Assembly (NCBI GenBank): GCA_965603825.1
Contig: CBFDEM010000051.1
Coordinates: 620,001-684,000, forward strand
DNA: 64,000 nt
Direction of reading: 5' to 3'
From: Blepharisma stoltei ATCC 30299
Lineage: Eukaryota > Protista > Ciliophora
How positions within the stretch are numbered: position 1 is the stretch's first letter; the number at the start of each line of letters is the position of its first letter. Positions 61,901 through 64,000 of the stretch are shown here, in pieces. The translations under genes and the position numbers were made by a program. The notes below the pieces were generated by a model that saw only the letters and a program-made list of their open reading frames with translations, ran no database searches and was not told the origin of the DNA.

Positions 61901-62206
61901 GATAAAGTCAATATAGTCATCAATTGATTTCTTACTTTGGTGATTTGCTACTACTGGGGCATAAGCTACTATTATTAAGTAATCTTCAATTAATGTTGCT
62001 GTTATTCTATGATTGTTAGTTTCAATTGATGTTATTAGATTTGCAAATGTTTCATGTATTAGTAACCCAGTTCCGCCTGATCCTCTGTTGCCAGCAATTG
62101 GCCCATTATTTCCAATTCAGATAAATCCTTGAATATATAAGGAAGTTTTCAGTCATGTTTCAGCAATTCCAAGAATAGAAATATCATTAGTAATCATTAA
62201 ATTAGT
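58952..62206 (-). mobile_element. Non-LTR retrotransposon (LINE; APE endonuclease + reverse transcriptase + CCHC), 5'-truncated
   Basis: With TGA=Trp there is one open frame 62197-59063 (~1044 aa). EN motifs AETW, GGTGLLI, YAP, LGDFNAH, IDYIL; RT motifs KAPGPD, RPITL, QHGFR, FIDFSKAYDSV, GVRQG..SPLLFN.Y, YADD, YKYLG; C-terminal CNLC..ETEKH..C. The frame continues past TAG 59063 to TAA TAA at 58952-58957. Confidence 0.93.
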
Positions 62207-62768
62207 ACACCTATAGAAGATAAAGATAAAAATCAAAATAATCTGTGATCTCGATTATCTAAGCGAAAAAATAATTCTTGACACTTTGTAAGTTCATTTA
62301 GTTCAGCTTTATCTATCAGCAATAGTGATTTTAGATGTTTTGCTAAATGATAATCTTACATTAAGACATTGTGCTGACTATTAATTCATAAAATAATAAT
62401 GATAATGATGATGCTAATAAGCAGATTTTTAAAGAAACAGCAGAATTTGCATTAAAACAAAAATTTATGCTTTGGCTTTTCAAATTGGTACGCACTTCAA
62501 TAGATTAAGATTTTCCACACCAGTATGAGAACTGGAAACTTACTGGGACTAAGCTACTTCAATATACCCTCTTTACCAATTAAAAGACCAATGTGTAAGA
62601 AGTATATATACAAGTGCATTTTGGGAGCTAGAAGAAGAGTATATGAACTCTATCCAGCCTGCGGATAATGATGATAACTCTGCTGTTATAGCAGCAATTG
62701 GAGGCATTCTATCTTTAATAGCATTTTAAGCTAAATTATACTGATTAAATGGAATAAATTCGTTAAAT

Positions 62769-63827
62769 TTAAACTGTTGGATATGATGGTTGCATTTGGA
62801 TACCACAGATACCAGCTCCTGCCTTGACTGCGATTCTGATGTATCCTTGTTCTCCCCAATCTGCACCCCAAGAGTTTTTGACTTTCCAGTATTGAGGGGA
62901 GTTGGTAAAGTTGTAACCTACAACCAAAACACCGTGGTCTAAAGCTGTTCCACAATCCTTGCTAACAATACCTCCTTTATAGAGCTGCCAAGAATCTTGA
63001 TTAGCTTCAACTGCGACTGATATTGGCTGTTGAGCAACTGCTGCTTGTAATTGGGCAACGTTGTCTGGGGCGACATCGGTGTACTTGCTAATGGTAGCGT
63101 TGACTTGGGCAACTTTGATCTTGTTGCAGGCTCCTTGGACTTGTTGATAAGGATAGTTTGCTTCTGAGGTGATTCCTTGAGCAATGATGTATTTGAAAGC
63201 ATTGTCCATAAGTCCACCTTTGCAACCTTGATTTCCATAAATGGAGTTAGATGAGCAATCAACAAGTTCTTGTTCGGAGAGGGATACAAGGGTGTGTCCA
63301 GAGAGGAACCAGGCACCTTCTACAGATCCAGTTGTGGAGAAAGCCCAGCAGCTTCCACAGTTTCCTTGGTTCTTGACAGCGGTAACTGCACCTTTGGTGG
63401 TCCAGTCAACTTGGGATGGGACTGAAACTTCATCAAGCATGGCGACGTTGGTTGCTTCTTTAGGTTGGAATTTGGTTGGGAGGTATTTAGCCTTGAATTC
63501 TGAGAAGCTCATGTCAGCGTATTGATTGACACCAAGAGTCCAGGAATTTCCAAGGGTGTTGAAAATGCGGATGTAAGCTGAGTTGTCACGGAATATTTTG
63601 AATCTCATTCCATATTCTTCATCAGACTCGTAGGATTTCTGGTATTTGTCCATGTAATCTCTGAATTCTTGCTCCTCAAAGGCAAACTGAGCAAGAGCTG
63701 GAGAAACTGAGGAGCTTGATACTGCAATTGTAGCAACAACTCCGACAACAGCTAGAAGACCGAGGACAGCAAAGACAGTCTTTTTGGAGGTTTTGGCTTG
63801 AGTGCCAACAGCGAAATAGCCTTCCAT
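62769..63827 (-). CDS. Papain-family (C1A) cathepsin L-like protease, intact copy 4
   Basis: 352 aa with all catalytic motifs ([21 protein letters not shown]). Confidence 0.96.
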   Translation of the reverse strand: MEGYFAVGTQAKTSKKTVFAVLGLLAVVGVVATIAVSSSSVSPALAQFAFEEQEFRDYMDKYQKSYESDEEYGMRFKIFRDNSAYIRIFNTLGNSWTLGVNQYADMSFSEFKAKYLPTKFQPKEATNVAMLDEVSVPSQVDWTTKGAVTAVKNQGNCGSCWAFSTTGSVEGAWFLSGHTLVSLSEQELVDCSSNSIYGNQGCKGGLMDNAFKYIIAQGITSEANYPYQQVQGACNKIKVAQVNATISKYTDVAPDNVAQLQAAVAQQPISVAVEANQDSWQLYKGGIVSKDCGTALDHGVLVVGYNFTNSPQYWKVKNSWGADWGEQGYIRIAVKAGAGICGIQMQPSYPTV

Positions 63828-64000
63828 TTTGGTTTATTAAATTCACCTGTTTTATGGAACAAATCATGTGAGGCTTATAATGTTTTGTTTATTTATCAGA
63901 TATAAATATAAGATTACAATAAATCAGTAAGGTTTTATACACACTCGTTTCATATAATTTTTTACTAAGCTATTTTATATGTGAACCCAAATTAATTATT

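Larger units (their letters stand above)
49010..64000. repeat. Four-unit tandem segmental duplication (3' end of Cys-rich gene + cathepsin L + upstream spacer); units start ~49010, ~52220, ~54730, ~62470
   Basis: The last ~300 bp of the Cys-rich gene (..gcattttgggagctagaagaagag..gcattttaa) recur at ~52220-52515, ~54730-55025 and ~62470-62729, each followed by a cathepsin copy. The spacers of units 1-3 are homologous; unit 4 is cut off by the window end. Confidence 0.92.

Noticed and set aside
1-64000. Mollicute or mitochondrial origin (code 4), or selenoprotein/readthrough explanation of in-frame TGA
   Set aside because: Eukaryotic nuclear genes, 18S rDNA and spliceosomal introns are present. 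TGA aligns with Trp, not Cys/Sec, in many unrelated genes.

Overview
Eukaryotic, AT-rich, gene-dense DNA that reads as the somatic (macronuclear) genome of a heterotrich ciliate, most likely Blepharisma. In-frame TGA falls at conserved Trp positions, TAA/TAG are the stops, and every intron found is exactly 15 nt (GT..TA...TAG). The supplied standard-code ORF track is therefore heavily fragmented. Re-read with TGA=Trp, the window holds about 27 host genes. These include a four-repeat CNBD/K+-type channel, a PAS pseudo-histidine kinase, gamma-SNAP, an SH3-myotubularin, two RCC1 proteins, TBCA, an HMG-box protein, an S49 pseudopeptidase, LITAF, a divergent H2A, Gos1-like and Ykt6 SNAREs, and a Cys-rich surface protein. 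One complete 18S-5.8S-28S unit with tiny ITSs sits between ordinary genes. From about 49 kb there is a four-unit tandem array of cathepsin L genes (2 intact, 2 pseudogenes), and this array has collected foreign DNA. Two copies share a TIR element, one spacer has a micro-inversion with filler DNA, and another spacer has a ~4.7-kb composite insertion. That insertion joins a 5'-truncated but nearly intact EN-RT LINE to ~1.35 kb of Rickettsiales-like bacterial DNA (nusA fragment, an intact ORF with a Shine-Dalgarno site, and an IS481 remnant). This is a candidate endosymbiont-to-ciliate DNA transfer. Family assignments come from remembered motifs; no database searches were run.
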